From the NCBI RefSeq assembly GCF_024521635.1, contig NW_026250426.1, forward strand, positions 496,001 to 560,000: DNA of 64,000 nt. The letters are read 5' to 3'. This document shows, in pieces, positions 30,950 to 43,400 of this stretch (its first letter is position 1; every line of letters starts with the position of its first letter). Below the pieces are notes generated by a model. That model worked only from the letters and a program-made list of their open reading frames with translations. It was not told the origin of the DNA and did no database searches. The stretch is from Tricharina praecox. Taxonomy: Eukaryota. The position numbers and the translations under genes were made by a program.

Positions 30950-31310
30950 GTGATTGTGTTCATCATGGGAGGTCACTCGTCAAGGTTCATTTGTAAAAGT
31001 AGTGTACACTGGTAGTGAGAGCTATATCATATTCCCTCTTTCCCCACCCGCGCCTCTTTTCCACCGCCGCCGCCGTGGTTCTTTCCCTTCTTTCCCTTTT
31101 CCTTGTCATGACCACCGCCTCCGCCTCAGTGATTGTGTTCATCATGGGGGATCACTCGTCTAGAGGATCTATGGGAAGGTTCATTTGTAAAAGTAGTGTA
31201 CACAATGGTGATGCTGATGGTAGTGAGACTCGAGAGCTATATCATATTCCCTCTTCCTCACCCTCACCTCTTTTCCGCCGCCACTGCCGTGGTTCTTTCC
31301 CTTCTTTCCC
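30950..31310. repeat. Degenerate tandem duplication (~180-bp period) just 3' of WDR59
   Basis: GTGATTGTGTTCATCATGGG..AAGGTTCATTTGTAAAAGTAGTGTACAC..GAGAGCTATATCATATTCCCTCTT..CCGTGGTTCTTTCCCTTCT at ~30950 and ~31129. Confidence 0.9.
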
Positions 31311-32530
31311 ACCTTCTCTTTCTCAACACCCGTCCAGCAGCAGCTTGCTCTCTAGCATCCTCCCCGGCGTCCCCCCCGGTGTCCTCCCCGGCCCCTTCCT
31401 CTCCAGCACCCCTCTGAATACTACCAGTCTACCACCGCTCCGGAAGGTCTTTGTTGTGTTGTGTTGCTTTTACTCGTATATAGGCCGAGCCCTTTTCCGG
31501 TCACTTCGTATACATATCCAGTCACTTCGGCAGGCAGGGGGCCGGTCACTTGGCCGGGTGGCCGGTGCATTTATAAAATACTATGATGGTTTTGCCCGGC
31601 AGGTTAGAACAGTTAGAACACATACCTGGTATAAAGGAGCTTCTCCGAGCCCGCCCGCCAGCACTGTACTTGCGGTAACGCGGGAACGCGGGAACACCGA
31701 ACGTTGAACGGCACGCCGCACGCCCTACACAGATCTATTCCTTCCTCGTTCCTCTCCTCTTGATCTACCTATCTAGGTGGGTATCCAGGGGACGTCCTCA
31801 GTAGGTACCTAGTAGGTACATGAAGAAATCGAACCATCCGCTCTGGTGTACGTTGGTGTTGGTGTACCCACATTCTCTCTAGATCTACCACATTCTGGCT
31901 CGTTTCTAGCCCGTACATAAGTTCATCGGCAGGATGCCCCAGTTCCAGTTCCCAGTTCCCGAGCCCGAGCCCGATCCCGATCCCGAGCCTGCGCGGGCCC
32001 CGTCGGATACCTACCAGTCGGCAGCGCTTTCGGTCACGCTATATAGGTATCCGGTCCCGAGTCCCGACTGAGTTGCGGCCGCGCGCTGATCGCCGTGTTA
32101 TATAGAGCTAGGGGGAGCTCGGGTGGTGGGAATGATCTCGGCATACATAAGTAGAGCCATGGCCCGCCCATACGAGGGCGGGTATAGGGGTGTGGGGGAG
32201 GGTGTAGGTGTGCTTTCGGTTACTGCGCGCAGGATGCGGGAGGAGATGAGATTCAGGGGCGGGCTGCTGCCTGTGAGTGTGGAGCTTTGGTGGATAGTAC
32301 GGTAAGTGTTGGTTCTTACCATTGAAAGCTACATATACCTATTAACATCTAGTATATACCATCATTGTGCGTTTCCCAGTCCGGCACGGCACGGCACGCA
32401 ATCATTCCGACGCACAAATTACAATGGGTGCTCTAGCTGAGGTTGGTTGGGAGAATTGAGTGATAAGCCATGTAACGATTTAATATTCGGTTATACTCTG
32501 ATATGTAAAATGGCAAGAAGAACAACAGCA

Positions 32531-32601
32531 GCTTCCGTGGTCCAACGGTAGGATAATTGCCTTCCAAGCAATTGGCTCGGGTTCGACTCCCGACGGATGC
32601 A
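32531..32601 (+). tRNA. tRNA-Gly (anticodon TCC), intronless
   Basis: Acceptor stem GCTTCCG/CGGATGC-A; anticodon arm ATTGC-CTTCCAA-GCAAT (TCC at 32563-32565); T-arm TCGGG-TTCGACT-CCCGA; Pol III T-run terminator immediately downstream. Confidence 0.95.
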
Positions 32602-33002
32602 GTTTTTTATTTCATTTTTTACCCTCTTTTGTCCGGCTTTTGCTCGTGCGCCGAGAGCATATGTATCGCAAGCAACAGGTTTTGACGAGAGGGGTAGTAA
32701 AAAACAACAGATGCAAGATCAAGACGTCATTATATATTCCCTTAAACAAACCCAACCCGCTGAACGTCAACGACGGAGCGCCCATGATACGTATAGTATG
32801 TATATGCAGCAAACCCAGCACCGGTATCACCAAAGCAACGGAAAGCAAAGCAAAGCAAGACGAAACGAGAAAAAAAATCCCCCCAACACCGTAATCCAAC
32901 GACAGAGAGCCCATTATACTCTCTGCAAACACAACCCGAACGCCAACGTATGCCTGCCAGACTTGCTTGACCGGTCGATTCCACGAATGCCATCGTTCTC
33001 AA

Positions 33003-33736
33003 CTAAGGGATGGCCCTCTCCATAGTCGCAGTGCGATCCTTAATGATCCCCACCCTCGCCAGGGCGCCCATGATCGCGCTCCTCCTCGAAGTAGCCGACG
33101 GCTGCTCGGACGGCGATGGCTCGGGAGACGGGGTCGTCGTCGTCGTCGTGACCTGCGAGCGCATCTCCATATCTCTCTCGCCGGCACCCCTGCCGGTACC
33201 GGTACCGGTGATGCCCAGCACTCTCAACCCGCCGAACAGCGCCAAGACGAGGAGGAGGAACGCCGTGATCCCGCTCAAAGCCACTCTTGCGCGGAAGTTT
33301 AGCTCGCTCTCGCCGACATGTCCGCTCTGCTGCACGCGCGCCTTGCGGCTGGGGAACGTGTTGTTCGGATCCATGATCTCGGCGACGGTGGCGACGGCCC
33401 AGGCCACGCCGAGGATGAACGTTAGTACCGCGGTGCTGCCGTGGCGCGAGAGCGGGCGGTAGTACGCGACCAGCACGGTCAGGTACAGGAGCGACAGGAT
33501 CGCGAGCGCCGTGGTCAGTAGGATTGCCCTACGTGAGTGAGCGAGTGGGTCAGCTTGGCGGTTGGTGAGGGACGGAGTGAGCGGAGGAGAACACACCAGA
33601 ACACGACGATCCGCGCCTTGAGCTCCCGTCCGATCTTTGCGGCGGCGAGGATGAAGATCGAGAAGATGGTGATGACGCACACGCTCAGCACGACGAAGGC
33701 CGCCTCTTTTCGCGTGCCGGATGATGGGCGCGGCAT
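33003..33736 (-). CDS. Hypothetical integral membrane protein (~4 TM, MARVEL-like topology), ~221 aa; exons 33736-33597, 33528-33003
   Basis: Four hydrophobic stretches; intron GTGTGT..GCTGAC..TAG joins two ORFs in frame (VFW-AILLTT). Confidence 0.7.
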
Positions 33737-34843
33737 GGCTGGCTGGCTGGCTGGCCGAGTACGGCCCGCAGTCGACGCGAGGTGGCTAGTGCTAAGCGAC
33801 GACTGACATGTGGTGTTGGCGGTGCGGGGGATGTTGGCGACGACGACGCGGTGTTGGAACGGCGGGTTTTCGTGTGATGATGGCGTCGGCTGTCAGCTGC
33901 TGTGGTTTGTGTTCTCTCGTCTCGTCAACTGCGCAGCGCACGAGCTGTCGTTGTGGTGCAGCTGTAACTAAGCCTGCAACGGAGAAGCGAAGTGCAGCGA
34001 CGCCACGGCCCACGGTTGCTAAGAATAGCCTCAGCCCAGTGTTGAGTTTCTGAGTGTGGACTCTGGAGTTGCTGTGCTGTGGAGTACCCGTAGCAGCAGT
34101 AACCATGGCAACAAGCAGGATGCCGAACAAGTTTGGCCATCGTGTGGTGATGTCTGCGGCCCCACTCGACTCCGCCAGGCCGCTTTCGACAAGCTCGATG
34201 GAAAACAAGCTTTGTGGATTGCGTCGATCATCCGATCGGCTGCATCGACGACGAGGACGGAAAAGTGTGAAGATCAGGCCATAATGTGGGTCGTGGTTTG
34301 CAGCAAACAGCTCGTGTTCGCATTTTTTGGCTGGTGAGGAAGACCCGACAAAGACAGCGGGAAGACAGGACAAAGACAGCGTGAAGACAAGACAAGACAG
34401 CGGAAGACAGCAGGTGCTCGGGGGGCAACGGAGGCAAGGGAGAGGGAGCAGTGGAAGGGAACAGATGTTTGGTAAATGTGGGGGACCGCGCAGCAAACTG
34501 CAAGTGGGGCGCATGTAGAGCAGAGCGGGCATTGTGTGTTGCCGAGATCCGCGCAATGCAAGCGTCACAATACCATCATCGTCATCATCGTCATCGCCGT
34601 CGTCGCCCGTCTTCACCCCGCACAACGGTACCTACCGGCACGCTCCGAGTGGGATGCGATTGGGAATGGACGTCACCTACTTAATCCTGCGAACCCTCCT
34701 GGTTCGACGTCCTTTCTCCACGGCATTAAAGATCCTCTTCCTGTTCCTTTGCTCCCGTGCACGAAACGCCATTGCCAACCGCGAACTGGAAGCCACCTGC
34801 TACCTTCTCCTTCTACTGTTGTTCCCGAAGCAGAAGCACAAAC

Positions 34844-36861
34844 ATGTCGCTTTCAAAACACGTAGGTCTCTCCTCTCCAGAGTGAGTGAGTGTGACCCCG
34901 AATGCTCACGATCAATCCAAGATCGATCCGGATGAGCTCATCGCCTCGCTCCGCGAGAACCCGATCAAGCACCGCCCTCTCGCCCACCACGGCGCCGACA
35001 GCTCCACCAGCCACAATGTCTACGGCAGCCGGTACCACACCGACGTCGCGATCCCCAAGTTCCGCATGCCTGAGAAAGGCGGAAACACCCAGTCCATCTA
35101 CCAGATCATCAAGGACGAGCTGGATCTCGACGGCAAGCCGAATCTGAACTTGGCGTCGTTCGTGAATACCTTCATGGATCCGTATGCCGACAAGTTGATG
35201 GCCGAGAACATATCCAAGAACCTCGCCGATGCCGACGAGTACCCCATCGTCCAGGCTATCCATTCGAGGTGCATCTCGATGCTCGGAAATCTGTGGAATG
35301 TGCCGAAGGGGGAGACGGCGATCGGTACGGCGACTACGGGAAGCAGTGAAGCTATTCATCTGGGAGGTCTGGCCTTCAAGAGGCTGTGGCAGCAGAAGAG
35401 GAGAGCCGACGGAAAGAGCACTGAGAAGCCAAACATCATAATGGGCGCGAATGCGCAGGTCGCACTCGAGAAGTATAATGCGCATCCTTCAACTTGACGG
35501 GCAGTCTGTGCTAACGACGATCCAGATTCGCAAGGTACTTCGAAGTGGAAGCGCGCATCCTCCCCGTGAGCGCCGGATCGCACTACTGCCTCGACGCAAA
35601 GTTGGTCCGTGAGAACATCGATGAGAATACCATCGGCGTCTTCGTGATCCTAGGCAGCACGTACACCGGCCACTACGAGCCTGTCGAGGAGATTTCTAAG
35701 ATCCTCGATGCATACGAGCAGGAGACTGGCCATGAAATTCCGATCCACATTGACGGTGCTTCAGGAGCCATGGGTACGCCCTCTCCTCCGGGTTTGAATT
35801 GAAATTTATACTGACAATCCCCCAGTTGCCCCTTTCACAAACGCCGTCGACGGCCTCTGGGACTTCCGCCTCCCCCGCGTCCACTCTATCTCCACCTCTG
35901 GTCACAAATTCGGCCTCGTCTACCCTGGTCTCGGCTGGGCAATCTGGCGCTCCGATAAGTGGCTTCCCAAGGAGCTGATCTTCGAGCTGCACTACCTCGG
36001 CGGCACGGAGCAAACCTTCACCCTCAACTTCTCGCGGCCATCGGCGCAAGTGATCGCCCAGTACTTCAACTTCCTCGCGCTCGGCAAAGAAGGTTACAGC
36101 AATATTATGCATAACGCGCTATGTAATGCTCGCCTATTGTCGAAGGCTCTCGAGGCAAGCGAGTGGTACACGTGTGTTTCCGATATCCACCGCAAACGTG
36201 GGAACTGGGGCGGCGAGGCGCAGAGTAAGCTCGGTGTCATCTCGAATGACGATGCGAAGTTGTACAATCCCGGCCTGCCGGTGGTTGCTTTCCGTCTCAG
36301 CGATGAGTTCCGTAAAGAGTATCCGCATGTCAAGCAGCAGTCCGTCAGCACGCTGCTGAGAGTCAAGGGTTATATCATCCCCAGTAAGTCTTCCGCTCAG
36401 ACAACTTGATCCTTCCTCCACTGACCACCCAAGACTACAATCTTCCCCCCGCCGTCGAAGGCACCGAGATCCTCCGCGTCGTCGTTCGCGAGAGCATGAG
36501 CGTCGACCTGCTCGACATGCTGATCGCCGATATCCTGTCGACGACCGAGACGCTGATGAGCTGTGACGCGGGCGACATCGACGCCTTCGCGAGGCCGCAG
36601 GCGCCGCGCATCGAGAAATCCGTGCAGAGCCTTGGAAAGAACAGTTGGATGGGCCGCAGCATCGCTCTGCTCGAGAAGTATGTGGAGCCGTGGGAGAGAC
36701 ATAACGGGCCCGCGGGCATGGAGGCGAAGAAGGAGCACGAGGAGCACCAGGGCGAGACGACTTCGAGTACTGCTGCCACTGCTGCTCCTGGTGCCGAGGA
36801 GAGGTTTGGAGGCCTCATGAAGAAGTGGAGGTCGAAGGGCGTGTTTAGTGCTACCTGTTAG
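34844..36861 (+). CDS. GAD1: Glutamate decarboxylase (PLP-dependent), ~600 aa; exons 34844-34861, 34922-35472, 35526-35773, 35826-36383, 36434-36861
   Basis: [84 protein letters not shown] (PLP lysine). Confidence 0.95.
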
Positions 36862-37085
36862 ACCCGCAGCGTGTTATCTAAAAGCCCATGAATGCAATTG
36901 AGCTTGATGTCAAGACGTGGACCGTGCGTGGACCGTGGGTTGATCTCGTCACTGTGAGCCGCTGAAGTCTATGACGCCATGATTCTGCACCGTCCTGGAC
37001 TAAACCTAGCTGCGACTGCAGTATATATCACCTATGTAGAGTACCCACAACCCCATCCTCGTATGAACTCTATCCTCAGGTCAAG

Positions 37086-38938
37086 ATGTCACCCTCCCCC
37101 CGAATTCTAATCCTCTTATTCCGCCGGGACCTGCGGCTTCACGACAACCCGCTCTTCACCATCACCGCGCAAACGCAGCACACGCATCTCCTACCACTCC
37201 ACATCCTCAGCCCACTCTCACTCGAAGTCAGCGGCCTCCTCAGCAATCCACAGACACCATGTCCATACCCGCAGACCCGCTCCACGCTCGGGAAGTTCTG
37301 GAAATGCGGACCGCACCGCGTCAAGTTCCTGTCCGAGTCCCTGTGGGACCTTAAGACGTCGCTGCAGAAGCTCGGTAGCGACCTCGTGCTCCGTGTGGGA
37401 CGGCCGGAGGACGTGCTGCAGGGGGTTATTGAGGGGTTGAGGAAGGATGGAGCGGAGGTGGTGGGTGTCGCTATGGCGGATGCGGTGGGCGAGGAGGAGA
37501 GGACCGAGGTAGGGAAGGTGAGGAGTGTGGCGGAAAGGTTGGGAGTCGAGTGGATGGGGACGGAGGACGGGAGTTATCTCTACAGCTTGTACTTTCCCAC
37601 CTGCTCAGGATGGGTTCACGGGCTGACGCACAAACCAGAAAGGACCTCTCCTTCTCGCCGAAAGACACGCCGGCGGTATTTACCAGCTTCCGGAAGACGG
37701 TCGAGCCACTGCGGCAGACGATTCCTCCCGCGCAACCAACCCCCACCACGCTCTGTCCGCCCCCCCCGTCCATCCCTCCACAGCCCGAACCATTCAGCAT
37801 CCCGCCCACCCTCTTCAGCCTCATCACGGCGCTCCAATCGCCACTAGCCGACCTCGGCCTTCCCGGCCCACCACTGGTATATCCCCCCGGCGCCACGAGC
37901 GCACACGCTTTCGAGGGCGGGGAAACGGCCGCCCTGCAGCGAGTGCAGCACCTCCTCGCCAGCGGCGCAGTCACCCGCTACAAGGCCACCCGCAACGGCC
38001 TAGTTGGGGCCGACTTCTCCACGAAGCTCTCGGGTTACCTCTCGCACGGCTGCGTTTCCGCGCGGCGCGTGCACGGCGCCCTCCTCTCCTTCGAGGACGG
38101 CGCTGACCCCGCCGATCCCGCCTACGCCTCCGCCCCCGGATACGGCAAAGGCGAGAACGCCGGCACCGCAGCCGTGCGCTTCGAGCTGCTATGGCGTGAC
38201 TTCTTCCGTCTAACGGCACTACAAGCGGGCGCGGGGCTCTTCTCACTGCACCCCATCCCCCGCCCCAGTAGCTACAACAGCGCGATCTGGCACCCCGCCA
38301 CACCTTCCCCCACCCTCTCCCGCTTCCTCCGCGGCACAACCGGCTGCTCCCTCGTGGACGCGAGCCAGCGCGAGCTCTACCACACAGGCTGGACCAGCAA
38401 CCGCGCGCGGCAAAACGTAGCCTCGTACCTTGCAAAGCGTCTGCGCATCGACTGGCGCGTCGGCGCAGAGTGGTACGAGCAGCTGCTCGTCGACTATGAT
38501 GTTGCCAGCAACTGGGGGAACTGGAGGTATAACGCCGGCGTCGGGAATGATCCCCGCGGCGATAGGGTTTTTAATCAAATTAAACAGAGCAAGGATTATG
38601 GGGCTGGGGAGTTTGTCAAGATGTGGGTACAGGAGTTGAGGGCGGTGGAGGAGGGGGAGGGGTTGTGGGCGCCCAAGATGTTGAAAGGCAGGGAGAGGGA
38701 ACGGGTTTGTGAGCATGGTCAGGAGGCGAGGGAGTTGGTCGAGAGGCCGTTGGTGGTTATTCACGGTGGTGGTGGTGGGGGCGGCGGGAAGGGGAGGAAT
38801 GGTGGTGGTGGTGGAGGAGGTGGCGGAGGTGGCGGAGGTGGCGGACATGACAAGAAGAAGGGAAAGAAGGGAAAGAACCACGGCGGCGGCGGCGGCGGTG
38901 GCGGAAAAGAGGCGAGGGTGGGGAAAGAGGGGATATGA
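37086..38938 (+). CDS. Cryptochrome DASH (photolyase family) with Gly/Lys-rich tail, ~600 aa; exons 37086-37588, 37639-38938
   Basis: FRRDLRLHDN, FWKCGPHRVKFL.ESL, FEGGETAA..R, YKATRNGLVG.DFSTKLS, FELLWRDFF, TGWTSNRARQNVAS, AEWYEQLLVDYDVASNWGNW.Y.AGVGNDPR. Confidence 0.93.
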
Positions 38939-40327
38939 TATCTATACATTAGGTAGCTCGCTCTCACTACCATCACTAGCAAGCAGGCGTGTACACTACT
39001 TTTTTTTGTTTCATCATCGTAGCATTCGACCTTAGCAGATGTGTGTACACTACTTTCATAAATGAACCCTCCCCCCCTCCCCCCCAGACAGACAGACATA
39101 GAGCCGAGTGATCTCCCATGAATTGTGAACACAACCACTGTTAGTAGTATCTATTACTGCTGGGCCGCGCTCATAACCTGTGGAGAATGTGAGTGTGAGT
39201 GTGATATTGTTCAGTTGCGTACTCTAACTACGCTAGCCAGCTCGCATCCCCGAGTTCGGGCGCACGCATGTTAGTTGGCGCTGTTGGAGATAATGATACC
39301 TATCCATCGGAGGAGGAGGAGCAGGAGGATAAAGAGAGAGAGAGAGAGATCTTCCTGTTTTATATCGCATGCAGCCTATGGGAGGAGAATGAAAGATGAA
39401 TCGCCACGAAAAGTAAAGTCCTGAGTGATACCGATGACGCGTGCAAAACCGTCCGGCGTAGATGGGCCACTAACCATGTAACTACAGAGGAGGAGGAACG
39501 GGAAGAGGGCGTGACTGTGTGAGATGTGGTGACTGCTCACCGCTGTGATGGGCTAATACATATGTTGGTACCTGGAGGGAAGAGCGAGTGATACAGAACC
39601 TCACGCCCATCAGCCCTTCAGGGCCGCTAACTCGGGACAGCATTCCGTAACTTGCAAGAACACGGACTAATTAGGCGACGGACGGAAAGACACACCGAGG
39701 AGGAGGAGCAATTGCCACCACCACCACCACCACCACTGTCGAAATGGCCACTGTCGAAATGGTACATACATGACTTACGTACCGCGGACTTGCGAGATTT
39801 ACGCTATGTACTGTACTGTACGATCGTCGGGGCGGAACTTTGGTGCAGATGCAGATGTACTCTACATAGGTATGCATTTGGGCAATGTTTCCGCTTCCAT
39901 TTCGTTTCGGACTGGGCAGTAGGCCGTGACCACTGACCACTGACCACTGACTACTGACTAGAGGATAGTTACGGCGAACCCAACCCAACCCAACGGCCGT
40001 CGATCTCGACTCTCAAGTTCCAGGCAGCAGTAGTTAGCAGCAGTAGCAGCAGTAGCAGCAGTAACAGTAACTAGCAGCCGAGTCTACCCAGCTCCAAGCT
40101 TCAAGCCCGGCTTGCGGCCATGGGCGTTTCCCGGTCTCGTCTCGTCTCGTCTCGTCTCCTGGGATATCCAGCCAGCCAGCCAGCCAGCCAGCTCTCGCGA
40201 CAGCAGCTAACCACCTAGCAGTTAACTTCAGCCCAACCCCGCAGACACACTCTCCAGGCTCCAGCTCGTGACCATGATCATGATCATGACCAAGACCATG
40301 ACACACCGATTCCGGTACATGTCCATC

Positions 40328-40445
40328 TACTGACTGCTGACTACATACTCACACGGCCGGAAATTTTGGCCGTGTGAGGACTGACTAGATTACTGACTAC
40401 TGACTACTGACTAGATTACTGACTACTGACTACTGACTATTGACA
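40328..40445. repeat. (TACTGAC)n repeat interrupted by an 11-bp-stem palindrome
   Basis: Multiple TACTGAC units; CTCACACGGCC (40348-40358) pairs with GGCCGTGTGAG (40368-40378). Confidence 0.85.
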
Positions 40446-43400
40446 CATCGATTTCCGCTATCCGCCATCCGTCGCCTTCGCCTTTGGGGCCCTAGATCCA
40501 GAGTAACTAGAGTCTGCACCCAAATTCTACAGTAGTCGTCTACACACCCGCTTGCGATCGACCGACCGTGGTCCGTGGGCTGTACAGTGTATGTACGCAT
40601 CTATGCATATATGCATAGATGTAAGTATGAACATGTATGCTCGCTCGCGAGTCAGACTCACCGCTCAGCTCAGCTCATTGTCGAGACTCGAGGACCAGCC
40701 GCCATCGCCATCGCCGAAATCAGAATCTTCACCTCCATGTGCAGCTCCCCGATCCGGAGGAGCGAGGGAAAGAGCCAGGGAAAGATGGGATGGTGTGGGG
40801 TAGGGTGTGGGGAATTTCCAAGTCTGAGTCTGAGGAAGTGATGTGGGCCACTGCGAGCTGTGACCGTGACTGTGTCCGTGCAAGCAAGCAGCCCAACTAG
40901 CTAGCTCTATGTAGCCGTGCGGATTCAAAGAAGCGAGAGTTCCAGCAGCTCGAGAGAGAATCCCGGCTGCATAGACCACTGTGAGCTGTGATTCAGCCCA
41001 GCCCAAGTCAGGACCAGTCACCAGTCCCCAGTCACCCACTCCAAGACCACCCCCCCCAGAGCTACCGGAACTAACTTGCACAGTTGTCCAGCCGCAAACA
41101 AGCTCGTGGCTCGTAGCTCAGCCCGCAAAACGTGAGAGTAAGAGTGAGAAGCGAGGGGTATATATTGTATTGTACGTACATGTACAAATGCTCTCATGTC
41201 GAAATGATTACGGTATGCTATTATGCATCCACTAGTTGTGCCGGAGATAGGAAGAAGACGGAAGAGAGGTTTTCTTCTGCAGAGAATGCTCTTGGACAGG
41301 TCTTCTCGAATCTCGATGCCACATACGACGTTTCTGGCCGTGAGTACACTCAAAGCAGCTTCTACTCCACTGTAGGTAGTCAACCGAGTAAGAATGCCGT
41401 CATTTCCGGTGCTCGCCAAGTAACAAGATGTATGTAGCCACATATCTACCTACATACACACTGATGAACGGCTGGAAGCTACTCATAATTGATGGGTATA
41501 AACGGCAGCGGCAACGGAAACGGGAAGTGTATTCCCACTTCCAAGCAAGTGTGGTCACCGACTCACCGCCGCTTACCTCGTTCCCCGTCTTCATCTTCAA
41601 AGTTCAGGGCTGAAGTTGAAGCTGAAGTTTACACAGTGCTAAGGCGAGGTGAAGGCTACCTACTCCGGCGAAGGTTCTTGGTGATACTAGTAGTTACTGG
41701 TCAGCATCCATCCATTCATCCAGCATCCAGCTGCTCGAAATAGCGGCATCACGCATTGCTAATATCATAATATCATACCATCGTAGACGGACATATCTGT
41801 AGGTACCATCAAAACTTCACGTCACCGCCCACCAAGCCCCCAGCTTTCCGCACCACTGCATCTTCATTTCATTTCATTCCGGCCATTTCATTCATCACCG
41901 ACGAGAAAGAAAGTGCACCTCGAGTGATTTCGCGTGAACCACGGTTTTGATGGATATTGGATATTGAGCCTTCACCCACGCCGCCGCGCCGCCGCGCCGC
42001 CGGGCTGCCGCTGCGTTCTGGAGATCACCGTGTATGATCCGTTTGTTTGTTCTATGTATCCAGCCGACAGACAGACAGACAGACAGCAACAGCAATAATG
42101 AACCCATCCATGCACCGGTGCGGCGCTGTGGGTATGCATACATATGTCAATGTAGGTACCGGTACGCTCCGGCGGAGGTTGCATATATGTACCCCTCTAC
42201 CTACCTACGCAGCTACATACGCTGTAGTATGTAGGTGGAGAATGTAAGGTACGGTGCAATTCTCCGGCAGGCCGTAGGCCGCAGTACTTTCGTGGCGCTG
42301 CGCGGCGGCGGGGGCAGCGGCGGAGGTGCAGAGTACCTGATCAATGATCAGTGATCACTCGAGAGAGACCCGACTCCCGAATACTTCCGGGGCGACCAAA
42401 ATGCAATGCAATGCGGAAAAAAAATGCACCCATTCCATTGACGAACCCGCCGCATGAGGGGGGGTGGGGTAGGAGGGGGGAGGGGATTCCGCACTTCTTG
42501 CGGTGAAGACGGTTTCCTTGGACCCCGGGTGCGGATGCAATTTCACTTTTCACCCCAATACTTTGGGGACTGACCGACCGACCGAAACGGATGAGCGCCA
42601 CCCCGCCCCACCGCCCCTTGCTTCGCGCTCGTCTACTTGAGTAAAAACCGGTCATTTGCGTCGCCGCCGCCGCCACCACTGGACGAAACGGGACAGGCAT
42701 ATACGGTAGAGTAGGTACGGCAGCGGCGGCGGCGCGGTCGTTCCCTCGTGCATAGGACCATATGTAGGTCCAGCAAAATTCACCGTGATTGTATATTCTT
42801 TCACATGGTCTAAATCACGGATATTCTTGCGCTCCGACGGACAAGATGGAGGAACTGCTGGACCCCGCCGGTCAAGCTCTTCATTCACATGCCATAGAAT
42901 GCGGTCATCGTCGCGGTGGTCCAACGCCAGCCATGTCCGCGAATTTACTCTAGTTTGTCGTCCCTTACCTTCCGTGAAATCCTGCAAGTCATCCATCCCC
43001 CTCATCTCTTCCGCATGGTTGCCGCCACCGTATGTACTCTAGAGCGGACGGACGGAATGGGCATCGCGTGTTCTCATTCTCCAATATTGGTCATGATGAT
43101 ATTCAGTCGGTGACCTTGACTTGCAAGTTGCAACTGTATCGGATGGATGCTCGACACGACCGCCCCACTCCCATCGCACCAATCGCACCCATTCGCACCG
43201 AAACGAGCACATCGACTATACCGCCCCAGACTCGTGCTCGGGGATCACCATATGAATCTTTAGCCCCCACCGTAGGCCGGGTGAAACATCGCGGGGTCCG
43301 TCCTACGCGAGTGATAGCACGTGCCCCGGTCGTCCTGAGCATGTATCTATGTACTCGAGTGACGTGCCATGAGAGTCCTAGGCGCTCGCATACGCCTGCA

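Noticed and set aside
34654..34935. Hydrophobic ORF overlapping the GAD start
   Set aside because: Out of frame with GAD even after splicing; TSS unknown, so it cannot be called a uORF.
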